Below are positions 53,567 to 63,809 of a DNA stretch of 64,000 nucleotides, piece after piece. Numbering within the stretch: the stretch's first letter is position 1; the number at the start of each line of letters is the position of its first letter. The position numbers were made by a program, and so were the translations under genes. The stretch is from a virus. Location of the stretch: the IMG/VR virus record IMGVR_UViG_3300050821_006746, positions 1 to 64,000 of that record; one strand, written 5' to 3'. The notes under the pieces are model-generated. The model was not told the origin of the DNA. It did not search any database and saw only the letters and a program-made list of their open reading frames with translations.

Positions 53567-53726
53567 CGCTGGCTAATGATAACAGCGACCCGCCATTGGT
53601 TGGCACCCTACGCGGGCCGTAAAACAAACTGAACCGCCAGGCAACGTGTTCAGCGTTGTCTAGAGGCTACGTGCGCCTTGTGATAGGCACATTGTTCATT
53701 TTACCTGATTGAACAAAGGAATGCAA
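53548..53726 (-). ncRNA. Candidate antisense sRNA (~145 nt)
   Basis: TTGCAT-N17-TAAAAT at 53726-53698; terminator AGCCAGC / GCTGGCT with U-tail. Confidence 0.55.
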
Positions 53727-53784
53727 GGATGGTAGCGAAATCGTGACGAATATTCCAGCAAATCAAAAATCATTGTCTTACCCC

Positions 53785-53820
53785 TTGACATTTGCGTTCG
53801 TATCGAATACAATACGAATA
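53785..53820 (+). promoter_or_regulatory. Promoter with TTCGTA/TACGAA operator
   Basis: TTGACA-N17-TACAAT. Confidence 0.75.
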
Positions 53821-54134
53821 TCAAGTAGTAAACAAACACAAAGGAGAAAGACAATGAACGATCAAGTATACACACAGATGCTTAAAGATGTCACCACAGA
53901 GGTCAATTTTGAGAAGGCTTGCGAGATGCTAACGCAGATCCATCAGGAGTGTGATTGTCGCACCACTGAGTACTACGGTGGCAAACGCACACAACGCTCC
54001 ATCAAGAGCCGCGCCTTTGTCTGTGCCGCAAACACTGTGCGCTGGAATTTCCATAAGTTCGTCACGATGTCAAAAAATGGCCGCTACGAAGTGAACGAGC
54101 GCAATCAGCGCATTCAAGACAGGCAGGGATGGTA

Positions 54135-54332
54135 ATGGAAAAGAAACGCGGTGGACAGGAAGGCAACAAGAACGCTAAGCGGGCAAAACATCCCCGCTTA
54201 GCAGTCAGTTATTCGGGTGATCTCCTCGATTTAGCCTATGAAAAGTTGGCAGATCAAGGGAATACTGCACCTACAGAGGATCAAATAAAGGATTTTATCC
54301 GCGCAATGACAAGGAAGGGATTGGAGCAATGA
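54135..54332 (+). CDS. Small DNA-binding protein
   Basis: KRGGQEGNKNAK plus RHH-like segment. Confidence 0.55.
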   Translation: MEKKRGGQEGNKNAKRAKHPRLAVSYSGDLLDLAYEKLADQGNTAPTEDQIKDFIRAMTRKGLEQ

Positions 54333-55087
54333 AACCATTCACCTTTGGCTCACTTTTCTCTGGCGTTGGTGGTATTGATTTAGGCTTGGAGCGGGCTGGT
54401 ATGCAGTGCGCTTGGCAGGTGGAGATAGATGATTATGCAACAAAAGTACTTGAAAAACAGTGGCCCAATGTTACCCGGTTTCGAGACGTGCGAACCGTTG
54501 GAAAACGCAACCTGCCAACAGTTGACCTTCTGGCAGGTGGATTCCCCTGCCAACCTCATAGTCTCAATGGCAAAAGAAAAGCCAGCGAAGACGAACGCGA
54601 TCTCTGGCCAGAATTTCGCCGGCTTATTTGCGAGCTTAAACCCGCTTGGGTGTTGGCTGAAAACGTCATGGGGCTACTTAGTTCAGAAAATGGTCACTTC
54701 TTCGGCGGCATTCTCAGGGACTTGGCCGCGCTCAGGTATGATGCACAATGGCAAGTGCTACCAGCTTCCTCCTTTGGCGCACCACACCGAAGAGAAAGAG
54801 TCTTCATTGTGGCCTACCCTCAGAGCCTCTATGTGGAAAAATCGCAAATGGTCCAATCACAGAAAAGACCACCATTTCAATTTGGAAGAATATCTTCCAA
54901 CGATTTATCCAGAAATCAATGGAAAACCAATCAACCCTCATTTTCTGGAATGGATGATGGGATTCCCTATTGGGTGGACAGAAGTAAGGGACTCGGAAAC
55001 GCAGTTGTTCCACAAATAGCAGAGAGCATTGCTTATCGCATTCTCATGGCAGATGCAGCAAGCAAGGATGAAACGGAAGTAGCATAA
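54329..55087 (+). CDS. C5-cytosine DNA methyltransferase, alpha subunit
   Basis: LFSGVGG (I), GFPCQ (IV), ENV (VI), PHRRER (VIII), LGNAVVP (X); motif IX absent. Confidence 0.92.
   Translation: MKPFTFGSLFSGVGGIDLGLERAGMQCAWQVEIDDYATKVLEKQWPNVTRFRDVRTVGKRNLPTVDLLAGGFPCQPHSLNGKRKASEDERDLWPEFRRLICELKPAWVLAENVMGLLSSENGHFFGGILRDLAALRYDAQWQVLPASSFGAPHRRERVFIVAYPQSLYVEKSQMVQSQKRPPFQFGRISSNDLSRNQWKTNQPSFSGMDDGIPYWVDRSKGLGNAVVPQIAESIAYRILMADAASKDETEVA
54468..55019 (+). CDS. C5-MTase beta subunit in an overlapping +1 frame
   Basis: Ends in INPHFLEWMMGFPIGWT (motif IX-like); start uncertain (54429-54468). Confidence 0.75.
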   Translation: MLPGFETCEPLENATCQQLTFWQVDSPANLIVSMAKEKPAKTNAISGQNFAGLFASLNPLGCWLKTSWGYLVQKMVTSSAAFSGTWPRSGMMHNGKCYQLPPLAHHTEEKESSLWPTLRASMWKNRKWSNHRKDHHFNLEEYLPTIYPEINGKPINPHFLEWMMGFPIGWTEVRDSETQLFHK

Positions 55088-55173
55088 CCTGGCAGTGCCA
55101 GTAATATAGAGGTTTGATTATGGCACAAGTAGCACGACCACAAGAGGGCAAAGAAAAGCAAGGATGGTAGCGC

Positions 55174-55800
55174 ATGTACGAGAAATCTTACCAAGCCTGG
55201 AAAGAGTTTAAGGAAAAGCTCTATGGAAAATCTAAGGAGCAATTCGAGGATGCAACGCCAGAAGAAAAGCGGGCGTTGCTAGACAAGATGAATGCTTCTG
55301 ACGATGAACAGATACAGCAGAAAGAGATAGAGCTAAATGAGCTATTTAGCAAAATGCAAGATCTTACTCAGGAAATAGCTCGTTTAACGGAATATTCAAC
55401 AGGACATCAAGTTAGGATCATTCAACACGCCACAAGTGCTCTCAATAATTTTGTTCGCAATGGCATCCCCGATATGTTCCATTTTCCACGAGAAGACATG
55501 GACAAAATTATTCGCGCCATAGAGCAGGATCGTCGTACTCAGGCGCAAAGAGAAACGCTTGAGGGAATGCCGTATGATGCCTATCTGAAAACAGAGGCAT
55601 GGCAAATAAGGCGTTCACAGGCTCTCAAAGACGCCAAGAATAGGTGTCAGTTATGTTACAGTACAAAACTTCTCAATGTCCACCACAAGACCTATGAGCG
55701 GCGCGGACACGAACTGCCAGAGGATTTGATTGTACTCTGCAACGATTGTCACGCAAAACATCACGACAAAATTGGCAAAAAGAATTCATGGAATTTTTAG
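55174..55800 (+). CDS. HNH endonuclease-domain protein
   Basis: YLKTEAW..CQLC..LNVHHKTY..DLIVLCNDCHAKHH. Confidence 0.85.
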   Translation: MYEKSYQAWKEFKEKLYGKSKEQFEDATPEEKRALLDKMNASDDEQIQQKEIELNELFSKMQDLTQEIARLTEYSTGHQVRIIQHATSALNNFVRNGIPDMFHFPREDMDKIIRAIEQDRRTQAQRETLEGMPYDAYLKTEAWQIRRSQALKDAKNRCQLCYSTKLLNVHHKTYERRGHELPEDLIVLCNDCHAKHHDKIGKKNSWNF

Positions 55801-55818
55801 ATAGATTTTCGAGGTAGC

Positions 55819-57459
55819 ATGATGGCAAACGCAGTTAGCCCACAGGATGAGCAGAAGATCAGCGAAAAGCAAAACACACCCTGGCGTGTGAAATTTACCT
55901 GCGACAAGAAAAACCCATCCTATCAAGAAATCCGCAAGGATCTTTTTGTTGCCTGTTGGGGCAATGCCAAGATGGTAGAGGTGCTATTTCACTTCCTGAA
56001 TACTGGTAGTTGGAAAGCGCATCACAACCACATGGACGAAAACACACGTGTGATTGTCCTCCAAGAAAAGCACTCTGAGATTTTAGCTAAAGTTAAACTT
56101 AAAGTCTCAGAGCCTACGCTTATCACATTCCTCAAGATGTTTGCTCAAGTTGGCTATGTTCGCAAAGCAGCCCGCAAGGGAGCACAAGAGATCAACTTTG
56201 AGGCCGTAGAGAAAGCATTCACAAACCCGCCTGAGAAGCCGGTTATCAGCAAGGATTTAAACTTAAATTTAAGTTTAAATAGTGAGCGGTCAAATGAGGT
56301 GGATAACCTACGTCAAGAGGTCGTCAATTTGCGCGAACAAGTGCAGGATTTAAGTTTAACTTTAGTTGGATTTAAGTCACTGTACGCTCAATTTGAGCAC
56401 GAATTTAAGTTTAACTTTAGCTCGCGAACTAAAGAATTTAACTTAAATGAATCGCCTGAGAGCACACAGGAAGCCAGCTCAGACCCACTTTTTTTTCCTA
56501 AGAATCCTTCTTTAGATATAAGAGATAGAGAAGAAGATGAAGAGAGTAAGAAGGACGATTGCGCTATCGCGCCGCTCGCACCTACATTTTTCGCTTTGCT
56601 TCCCTGGCTTTGGTCGGATGGGCTGGAAACACCCACAAGGTTACTTGTGGAATTAAACTCCACTATGCCAGTTGGTGAACAACAAAGGCGCTTATGGGCC
56701 ACTGAGCAGTACAAGCAGGAATTAGCTTCTAAAGGTTGCCCTGTGATGGTAGAGATGGTTTCAGAGCCTCCACAGAACGCCATTGATGCTGCTGCTACTC
56801 CTGAGTGGATTCTGGTTCTCATGGAGCCAGCACAACCCAAACAAGTATACGCTTCATATAGCCAGGAGTCACCTACACCCCCAGAGCAAAGTATAAAAGA
56901 TACGGAGGTTGGTGCGGCGCGTGGCTATATGCAAAGTACAGATGCAAATATACCTTCTGAGCAGAATAAGTCCACAAAGCGCACACGTGGCAAGAAAGCA
57001 GAGAAGGTTGAACAGTCAAGCCTCCCTTTTGACAAGGGCATCGCGCTAAACGAGGATGAACAGCGCATTTCTGATTGGTTCTGCAAGTTCTGGTTTATCA
57101 AAATCCCGCCAACAGTAAACGCATTGTACAAAAAACATTGTGGAACTTTAGTGCCTTTTGTCCATTCTTGGGAAGAAATGCAGAGTTTAGAGAAAGTGGC
57201 GCGAGTTTGGTTGCAAAGCCAACTTAAACCAGGGACAAAGGTTGGTGGATTGCATCTAGGTAATTTCACAAACACCAATGTTTTGAATAATTGGCAGCCA
57301 GATTTACCAGACAATATTGTCGCTATCGACTCAAAACAACGATCTGGGGTTGATACCTTTGCGCATGTACCAGCCTTTGGAGGGAAAACCGAAGAGCAAT
57401 TAGATGCTGAGTTGCCGGAGACTCTTGAGTTTCTTCGTGCGAGAGGCATAGCCATCTAG
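55819..57459 (+). CDS. Putative replication initiator
   Basis: N-terminal wHTH-like region, internal iterons, directly upstream of the DnaC-like gene. Confidence 0.65.
   Translation: MMANAVSPQDEQKISEKQNTPWRVKFTCDKKNPSYQEIRKDLFVACWGNAKMVEVLFHFLNTGSWKAHHNHMDENTRVIVLQEKHSEILAKVKLKVSEPTLITFLKMFAQVGYVRKAARKGAQEINFEAVEKAFTNPPEKPVISKDLNLNLSLNSERSNEVDNLRQEVVNLREQVQDLSLTLVGFKSLYAQFEHEFKFNFSSRTKEFNLNESPESTQEASSDPLFFPKNPSLDIRDREEDEESKKDDCAIAPLAPTFFALLPWLWSDGLETPTRLLVELNSTMPVGEQQRRLWATEQYKQELASKGCPVMVEMVSEPPQNAIDAAATPEWILVLMEPAQPKQVYASYSQESPTPPEQSIKDTEVGAARGYMQSTDANIPSEQNKSTKRTRGKKAEKVEQSSLPFDKGIALNEDEQRISDWFCKFWFIKIPPTVNALYKKHCGTLVPFVHSWEEMQSLEKVARVWLQSQLKPGTKVGGLHLGNFTNTNVLNNWQPDLPDNIVAIDSKQRSGVDTFAHVPAFGGKTEEQLDAELPETLEFLRARGIAI
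56087..56450. repeat. Iteron cluster / putative replication origin
   Basis: TTTAAGTTTAACTTTAG at 56349, 56404 and inverted at 56087; 26-bp palindrome at 56255-56280. Confidence 0.75.
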
Positions 57460-57473
57460 AAAGGGTAACGGTT

Positions 57474-58430
57474 ATGGATAAGAAAGCAAAAGAGCGTATG
57501 CAACAAGCCATTGAGGATGCCAAGCGCAGACGAGAGCACATCTGTGATGATCCACAACCTCTAGGCAACCTGCTTCCAACATTGCCCAAAATTGTTGCCT
57601 TGACGGGTGTATACCCTGAATTTTTGTTTGAGACGCAGCCGAGCAATTATAGCCGCAATCCAGATGATCTCATGTATCTTTGTCCAACGTGTGGACAATG
57701 TTTCGGTGTAATCAGAAAGTCAAATGGCTATCGGCGGCGTCCTTGTCAGTGTATGCAAGACGAATACGACCGTCAGGATAGACTACGCTTTCAGGAGAGT
57801 GTGCGCCAAGAGCGCCTGGCAGTGCCAGTCAAGGAGCGAGTGACTTACACCTGGCTTGGTATGGACTATAGCGCGTTGGCAGAGCACTCACTGTCCAATT
57901 TTGAGATGCAGTATCAGCGCAACGCTTTTACGTTGGTTGCTGGCTACGTCAAGCAAAATTTAGCCCGTAGTGCCGAAAAGGATAACCTCTTGATTTATGG
58001 CGAGAAGGCAGGCTTGGGTAAGACTCATCTTGCGGCGGCATTACTTAATCTCTGCTACGAGGATGGCTATTCTTGTTTGTTCATGCTCGCAAAGGATTAC
58101 TTCGATGCGCTATGGGCATCTGACTTCAAGGACCGCTTGGCATTGCGTCAACGAGCGAGCAAGGCTGATTTCTTGCTCATAGACGACATTGACAAAGCTG
58201 AGCAAAAAGATACGAGCGCTCAAAAGTCAGAATTTTTTCAATTGCTCAATTTGCGTTATGAGGCTGGTCGTCCAACATTCTTCACGGCAAACTCTGCTGA
58301 TCTTTCTAGGTGGTTCAATGAGTGGACAATAAGCCGGGTACAAGAGCGCTTATTGAGGATACCCGTTGCTGGTAAAGATTATCGAGAGATTCGCGCTGAA
58401 CGTGCAAGGCAAGGGATAAACGCAGGCTAG
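57474..58430 (+). CDS. DnaC/IstB-like AAA+ helicase loader
   Basis: CPTC/CQC Zn site, GLGKTHLA, LLIDDI, TFFTAN, GKDYR. Confidence 0.88.
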   Translation: MDKKAKERMQQAIEDAKRRREHICDDPQPLGNLLPTLPKIVALTGVYPEFLFETQPSNYSRNPDDLMYLCPTCGQCFGVIRKSNGYRRRPCQCMQDEYDRQDRLRFQESVRQERLAVPVKERVTYTWLGMDYSALAEHSLSNFEMQYQRNAFTLVAGYVKQNLARSAEKDNLLIYGEKAGLGKTHLAAALLNLCYEDGYSCLFMLAKDYFDALWASDFKDRLALRQRASKADFLLIDDIDKAEQKDTSAQKSEFFQLLNLRYEAGRPTFFTANSADLSRWFNEWTISRVQERLLRIPVAGKDYREIRAERARQGINAG

Positions 58431-60143
58431 TGTTAAGAAAGGATACACTCACCATGAGTTACATGCCATTTAACGATGATAACCAACCATTATATGCTGA
58501 TGAGAACGAAAATATTCTTTTACGTGTGAAAGACCTCAAAAAGTTGATTGAGGATGATGTGCATTTGTCCGTTATTGATTTGAAGTCGATGAGCGTAAAC
58601 AGCGACCCTGAAAAACTGCAAGAACTATATCCTGCTCTTATGCCAGATCGCGTGTGGTTTGTTTGGGCTACGTTTCAAGCACCAGAAGGTTTAAAAACCT
58701 CACGGGCCTTTGTCATGTTGAAGGATGGTCAACTTTCTCTTCCTCTTGGGATGTTTCTTCATCTGGAGACGTTTCTTGCTGCTCATCGAAAACAGGCAAA
58801 GCGAGATATACCTGATTTGACACTGGATTATATTGAGACGTTGGAATCGATCATTGCTGACGATTGGCGTTTCTGGCGTGATTTTGTATATTTCCTTGAT
58901 CGTCACCATGCTCAGTTATTCGTTCAGGGAACACTCAAACCGCAATTTGAGAGACAGATCGTTGATTTGTATAAAAATTTTAGGTCAGTTAACTTTTTTT
59001 CAACGGAAAATGAGGCAATTGATCCATTCCCTGGCGGCAAGTTTAGTTTTGTGGAGAAGCGCGATATCGAACGCAAGAAGGAAGAATAATCATGGCACAA
59101 TGTACAGCGCTCGCTTGTCCACGTTTGCACGCTGATCCCGAAGATCGCACAATGGCTATCGACTTCTCGTCTTCACTGGTTACGCGTGACGCGCTCGGCA
59201 ATACGTGGTGCAACTATTGCATCAAACAATGTGAACTCATAAATTGGGGGAAGGCGCATAACTGGCCTGAAATCCATGTCACTGGAGAGCGAGGTAGATA
59301 TGCCATAGCACAAGGTCAATGGCATTGGCTGACGAGCGTGATGGGAAGTAACCAGGATGCGATAGACGCCTACCATGCCGCTGTGATAGCTGGGAACGAG
59401 GCTATGGAGCAGGAGATCGCGGAGAGTGTGGAGCGGGCGCATGATGCGAGGTTGCAGGCGAGGCGCGAACGTTGGTTGCACACGAGATAGCCTTGTGCAA
59501 CAATGATAATGGATGAGATAAGCCAGAGGAGAGATAGAATGGATCAGTTAACCGTATATGCTGTGTTTTTCTATATGGATGATGACGTGCCCGATGTTTA
59601 CTGTCTAGACGAAGCAGTTGCCAGGCAGATGGCTAGCAACTATGAGTCTGGCGATTATATCCTGTTGCAGGTGAGTGAGCAGGAATGGATGAGCCTGTTG
59701 AGAGGAGAGCGATAGTGGGTTGGTATACAGATGTGGTTGTCCACGTATCCATTTTGGAAAACGACGATGAGCAGGATAATTTGCGCCTCTTGCCTGAATT
59801 GCAAGCCGTGGCGCGGTTATTTCCTGTGCCAGACTGCTCGCATTTTTACGCTGGCACAACCAAAGGCTCTCACATTGATGTGATACTAAAGGGCATCGGT
59901 GCTATCAAGTGGGAATATCCCGAAGACGTGCAGGTGTGGTACAAAGACGAGCACGACGAGACTTTCAGGCTTGTTATGGGTGTGGAAGAGCAGGATAAGC
60001 GGATTGTGGAGCGGGATAGATTGCTGTATGAGGCGTGGGATTTGCTTATGGATGTGCAGGTATTTATACCACCTGAGAATTACGATTTGACTTGCGTGAA
60101 GAATTGGATTGAGAAATACAAACAGTTGAAGGGCGAAGAATGA
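58430..60143 (+). other. Hypothetical genes (58430-59089, 59092-59490, 59503-59715, 59685-60143)
   Basis: Co-oriented ORFs after the replication genes. Confidence 0.65.
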
Positions 60144-60604
60144 AAATAATCCCTGTGGGCTATGGCAACCCGAAGCACCGTGAACTTATCCCTGTGCTCA
60201 TGCAAGATCCTGATGCCGTGCTAGTGAGTGCGTGCCACTCAGATCGTGCAGCGCTCTACACATGGAGTGTTGCCAATCTTATAAAGCGCTATGGTGAACA
60301 ATTCAGGTGGATACCTCCACTTGGCAATATTCACTACAAACATCCTGAGTTTGGCATCCAGATTGCCGATCTCGACACCGGCTTATCTGATGTCTACGAT
60401 TTGTTGTTGTTGGGTAAAACGGCGCTGATTATGTGTGGATGCGGAACGATGGAACCAACGAAGAAACATCCACACGGGTGTCATCGGCGCATTATTTGCG
60501 ATGCGATGGCAGTGAGGTATGCAGATGTGGAGATTGTTCTACCTGAGACGATCTCGCCAGACGGCACGATTAGCGCACGTCAGGCGGGCGTGATGACACG
60601 TTGA
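60140..60604 (+). CDS. DUF488-like protein
   Basis: IPVGYG, WIPPLGN, IMC...CHRRII. Confidence 0.65.
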   Translation: MKIIPVGYGNPKHRELIPVLMQDPDAVLVSACHSDRAALYTWSVANLIKRYGEQFRWIPPLGNIHYKHPEFGIQIADLDTGLSDVYDLLLLGKTALIMCGCGTMEPTKKHPHGCHRRIICDAMAVRYADVEIVLPETISPDGTISARQAGVMTR

Positions 60605-60701
60605 CCGTGTTGGACGTGGGATTTTTATGTTGCGATTTGTGGGGCTTTTAACGTGGCTCTCAACGCGTTAAAATGGGTATAGCGAAAAGGAGCAAACAGA
60701 A

Positions 60702-61366
60702 ATGATTAAGAATTGCCCACAATGTGGCGGATTGATCGGCTTGAATGCCGAAAAGATAGCGCGAACGTTGGAGAATACTTTTGTCTGTGAAGGGCACCCT
60801 CAGCCATCGCCACAAGATACGCAGTTTCGTCAATGGGCTACTGCTGTCTGGGATAAACTGTTGGGCGATAGCCGCTACATCGACGTGTCAACGGGCATGG
60901 GCACTGAATTGGACACAGAGGACAGTGATCACAAGCCATATATCGATATCCTTGCGCGTGCAGGTTATGTGCTTGTAGAGCATACATTTACGGAATTTTG
61001 GAGCGGGGCAGACGCAGAGGTAGGGCATTATCCTGACATGGAATCTATCCCTGATTTGCCAGAGTTACCAGAGGAGAAGACAAGATGAACAGGGATAATC
61101 AATTTGCCGGATCGGCAAAGGCGGTCTATGAGAAATTTGTGCGAAATGTTCTCTTGTCCGATAAGGGGATGGACATTGAAGCCTTTAAGCAAGAGCAAGA
61201 AACTATTCTTGCACGTGCTGGCTATGCTCTTGTGAAGCAAGCGATAGACGAAGCCCATTCAGTACTGAATGGGAATTGTACGGATTGCTACGAACACATC
61301 ACCGCTTATGATGTTTTGCGTGACATACCAGATATGCCCACATTGCCAGAGGAGACGACAAAATGA
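60702..61366 (+). other. Tandem paralogous genes (60702-61088, 61085-61366)
   Basis: Shared ILARAGY.LV and IPD.P.LPEE.T C-termini. Confidence 0.75.
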
Positions 61367-62388
61367 GTATTGATAATCCCACTAAACACATCCTTGTAAA
61401 AGATGTACATCAGTTTGAATGGATGCTCTACCGGCGTGGCTGCACATCGTTTGCTTCGTGGAGTGATGTGCATGGAATGGTGTACGCGACGATGCTTGGT
61501 AATGAGGTATATCAGTTTCGAGAAGACTTTTTCTTGCACGAGACTGTAGAGATTGTTTCTCATCGTCTAGAGGTTATGATGGGCAACGGGATGCACTTTG
61601 TTTGGTGCAAGCAGTGCCACGAGCCATTGTTGAAAATAGAGACAGGACATGCAGAATGGATTGAAACTGGTGGCGATGCGTATCAGATGTATGATAATGC
61701 GATTATGCTGATGCCAGGCGTTGCCTTTGAGATGACAATCGAATATCGTAGCGCGAAGGCTGGACCCGCTTCACCTGTGATCGAGTCTTGTGTAAATTGT
61801 GGCGTGTTGTTGGACGGGAACACTAGCGAGATCGAAGATTGCCAGGATTAGGCCCAAGAAAAAGAAATAGCCAGTGACCCAACGTACCAGAGAAGCGCAC
61901 ATGAGTATGCACCAGTTTGGTATCTCTCGTGTGCGCTTTATATTGCATTGCAATATATCAATACGCGGCAATTCGTGCTAGAATGTGCTCAGAATTCCAA
62001 TCCTTCACAGTGACGAGGAGACACCATCATGAGCTTTCTAGACCGTATCCGATTACAACGACCCACCTATGCCACAAAGATTATCGTGCCCGAAGAGATC
62101 AAGGCATTCGATCCCATTACGCCACTTCCTGAGCCACCAACGCCGCTTGTCGTACAAGTGCAGACGTGCGGTTATTGTGGCGGTCCATGCGAGAGTGAGC
62201 CGCATCAGTTCACAAATGGTGATTTGTACTTGAAGCGGTTGCCTTTCTCTTTCTTGTGCAACTCTTGTTGGAAGATGCGTGAGGACTTGCGCACACGGCA
62301 TAATGTGGCTAACACCAATACCCTTGTAGTGGGCAAGCCGCAGCGTATGCGCAAGGTAGAGGCGCGAGCAGAGGCAGAGCAGGCGTAG
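61363..62388 (+). other. Two hypothetical Zn-finger genes (61363-61851, 62029-62388)
   Basis: CxxC pairs; RBSs. Confidence 0.6.
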
Positions 62389-62435
62389 GGCAAAGAGAGA
62401 GGCTAGCGTTGGTTGCGCTAGCCTCGTGGGATTGA

Positions 62436-63809
62436 CTAGAGGTCACTGTAGTGTTCCCACGGCCAAGTACCATCATCGTACATCCACTGCCACTCTGCTG
62501 TGCTAAATGTTTGCAGGTGCTTATCGTGCTGATAGACGTGGATAATTTCTGAATCGTTCTCATCCTCCTTGAGCGTGATATGGCAATCCTCAAGTGCGTT
62601 GGTCAAGACGCCTGCTTGATCCATCTCGAAACACGATGTTGCGTTGTCGTCGCCTGCTGCATCAGAGTTGTTCTCGTGTGAGTAGATAGCCTCTACAGCG
62701 GCGCGCACCACGTAGACCTCGCTGAGCAGAGCGCTTAGGTGCTTGTGTAGGCGCTGGTTCTCTTTGCGTAGCGCTTCCAGTTCGGTTAGGGGCTGTTGTG
62801 GTTGGTCGTGCATGTGCTATTCTCCTTCTAACCAAAGTGTGGTATGTATTCCGGTTGAAACTCACGATCAATAAGTTGCTCTGCTTTTGCCTGTGCCTCT
62901 TCTTGCGTGGCTTCGGTTGCCTCAGTCACACTAAACGGCTTCTTGACGCGATAAAACCACATGCCGTCATCTGCTGGTTTAACGAATGCGCGAATGCCGT
63001 TTCTGTTGTCTCGATTGGCAAAAACGATGTGGAGTGTGTCGGTGTTATGGGCACGACGCCAGTAGTAGAATTTCATGGTTGTTCTTCCTCTGTGACTTTG
63101 CTAAGTTTCCGTTTGAGTTCTCGTTTATGCTCACTCGATAGGTTGATAGCCTTCTCCAGATCGTCTAGAAGATCATCAGGTGCTTCCAAGATGAGCAAGA
63201 GCGTTCGCACAAAGAACTGTACGAGATAGTCGTGCGTTGATTCGTATTCATGGCGTCGTTCCTGCGTTTTCAAAACAATCCTCCCATTTTCGTGATCTGC
63301 CTTGCGTCGAATAAACGCGCTTATCGTTTTCGTCGAGGATCACATAATAGCCGCTGTACACCGTCGCATGATCCCAATTGGCCGCTTGCTGTGCCTCTTC
63401 TAGCGTCTCCCACGTTAGCGGTGGTGAGTGCCCGATTGCGCCGTGTGTGAGGACGTGGAAGCCCTCACAGCCACTATAAGCCATACGATACATACTAAAA
63501 CCCCGCTATTTTCGTTGTATCTTTGCCCATACGGTTGAGCATCCGATAGATGTTGTTTTGTGCCCACTCCGCAGCGAGCCAACAATCATCAACATAGAGG
63601 TACTGGATTTGTTGGATCTCCTCCAGTGTGATCGTTTTCCACTCAGGCTCTCCCAAGCGGATGTACATTTCATCTAGCCAACTTGAGAGACGTGGAGCGC
63701 TCTGCTCGTAGTGTCGAACAGCTTCCGCAAGGAACTGCTTGAACTTTTCGACAGATAGAAACTGTTTAGGCACTATCGATTCTCCCTTATGGCTTGCAGG
63801 TGTTGGCAC
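62436..63809 (-). other. Leftward chain of small hypothetical genes
   Basis: Abutting ORFs converging on the hairpin at 62399-62425. Confidence 0.65.

Noticed and set aside
48316-55800. Restriction-modification system
   Set aside because: The MTases look like orphan phage enzymes; the HNH gene is a common replication-region type and no cognate REase is evident.
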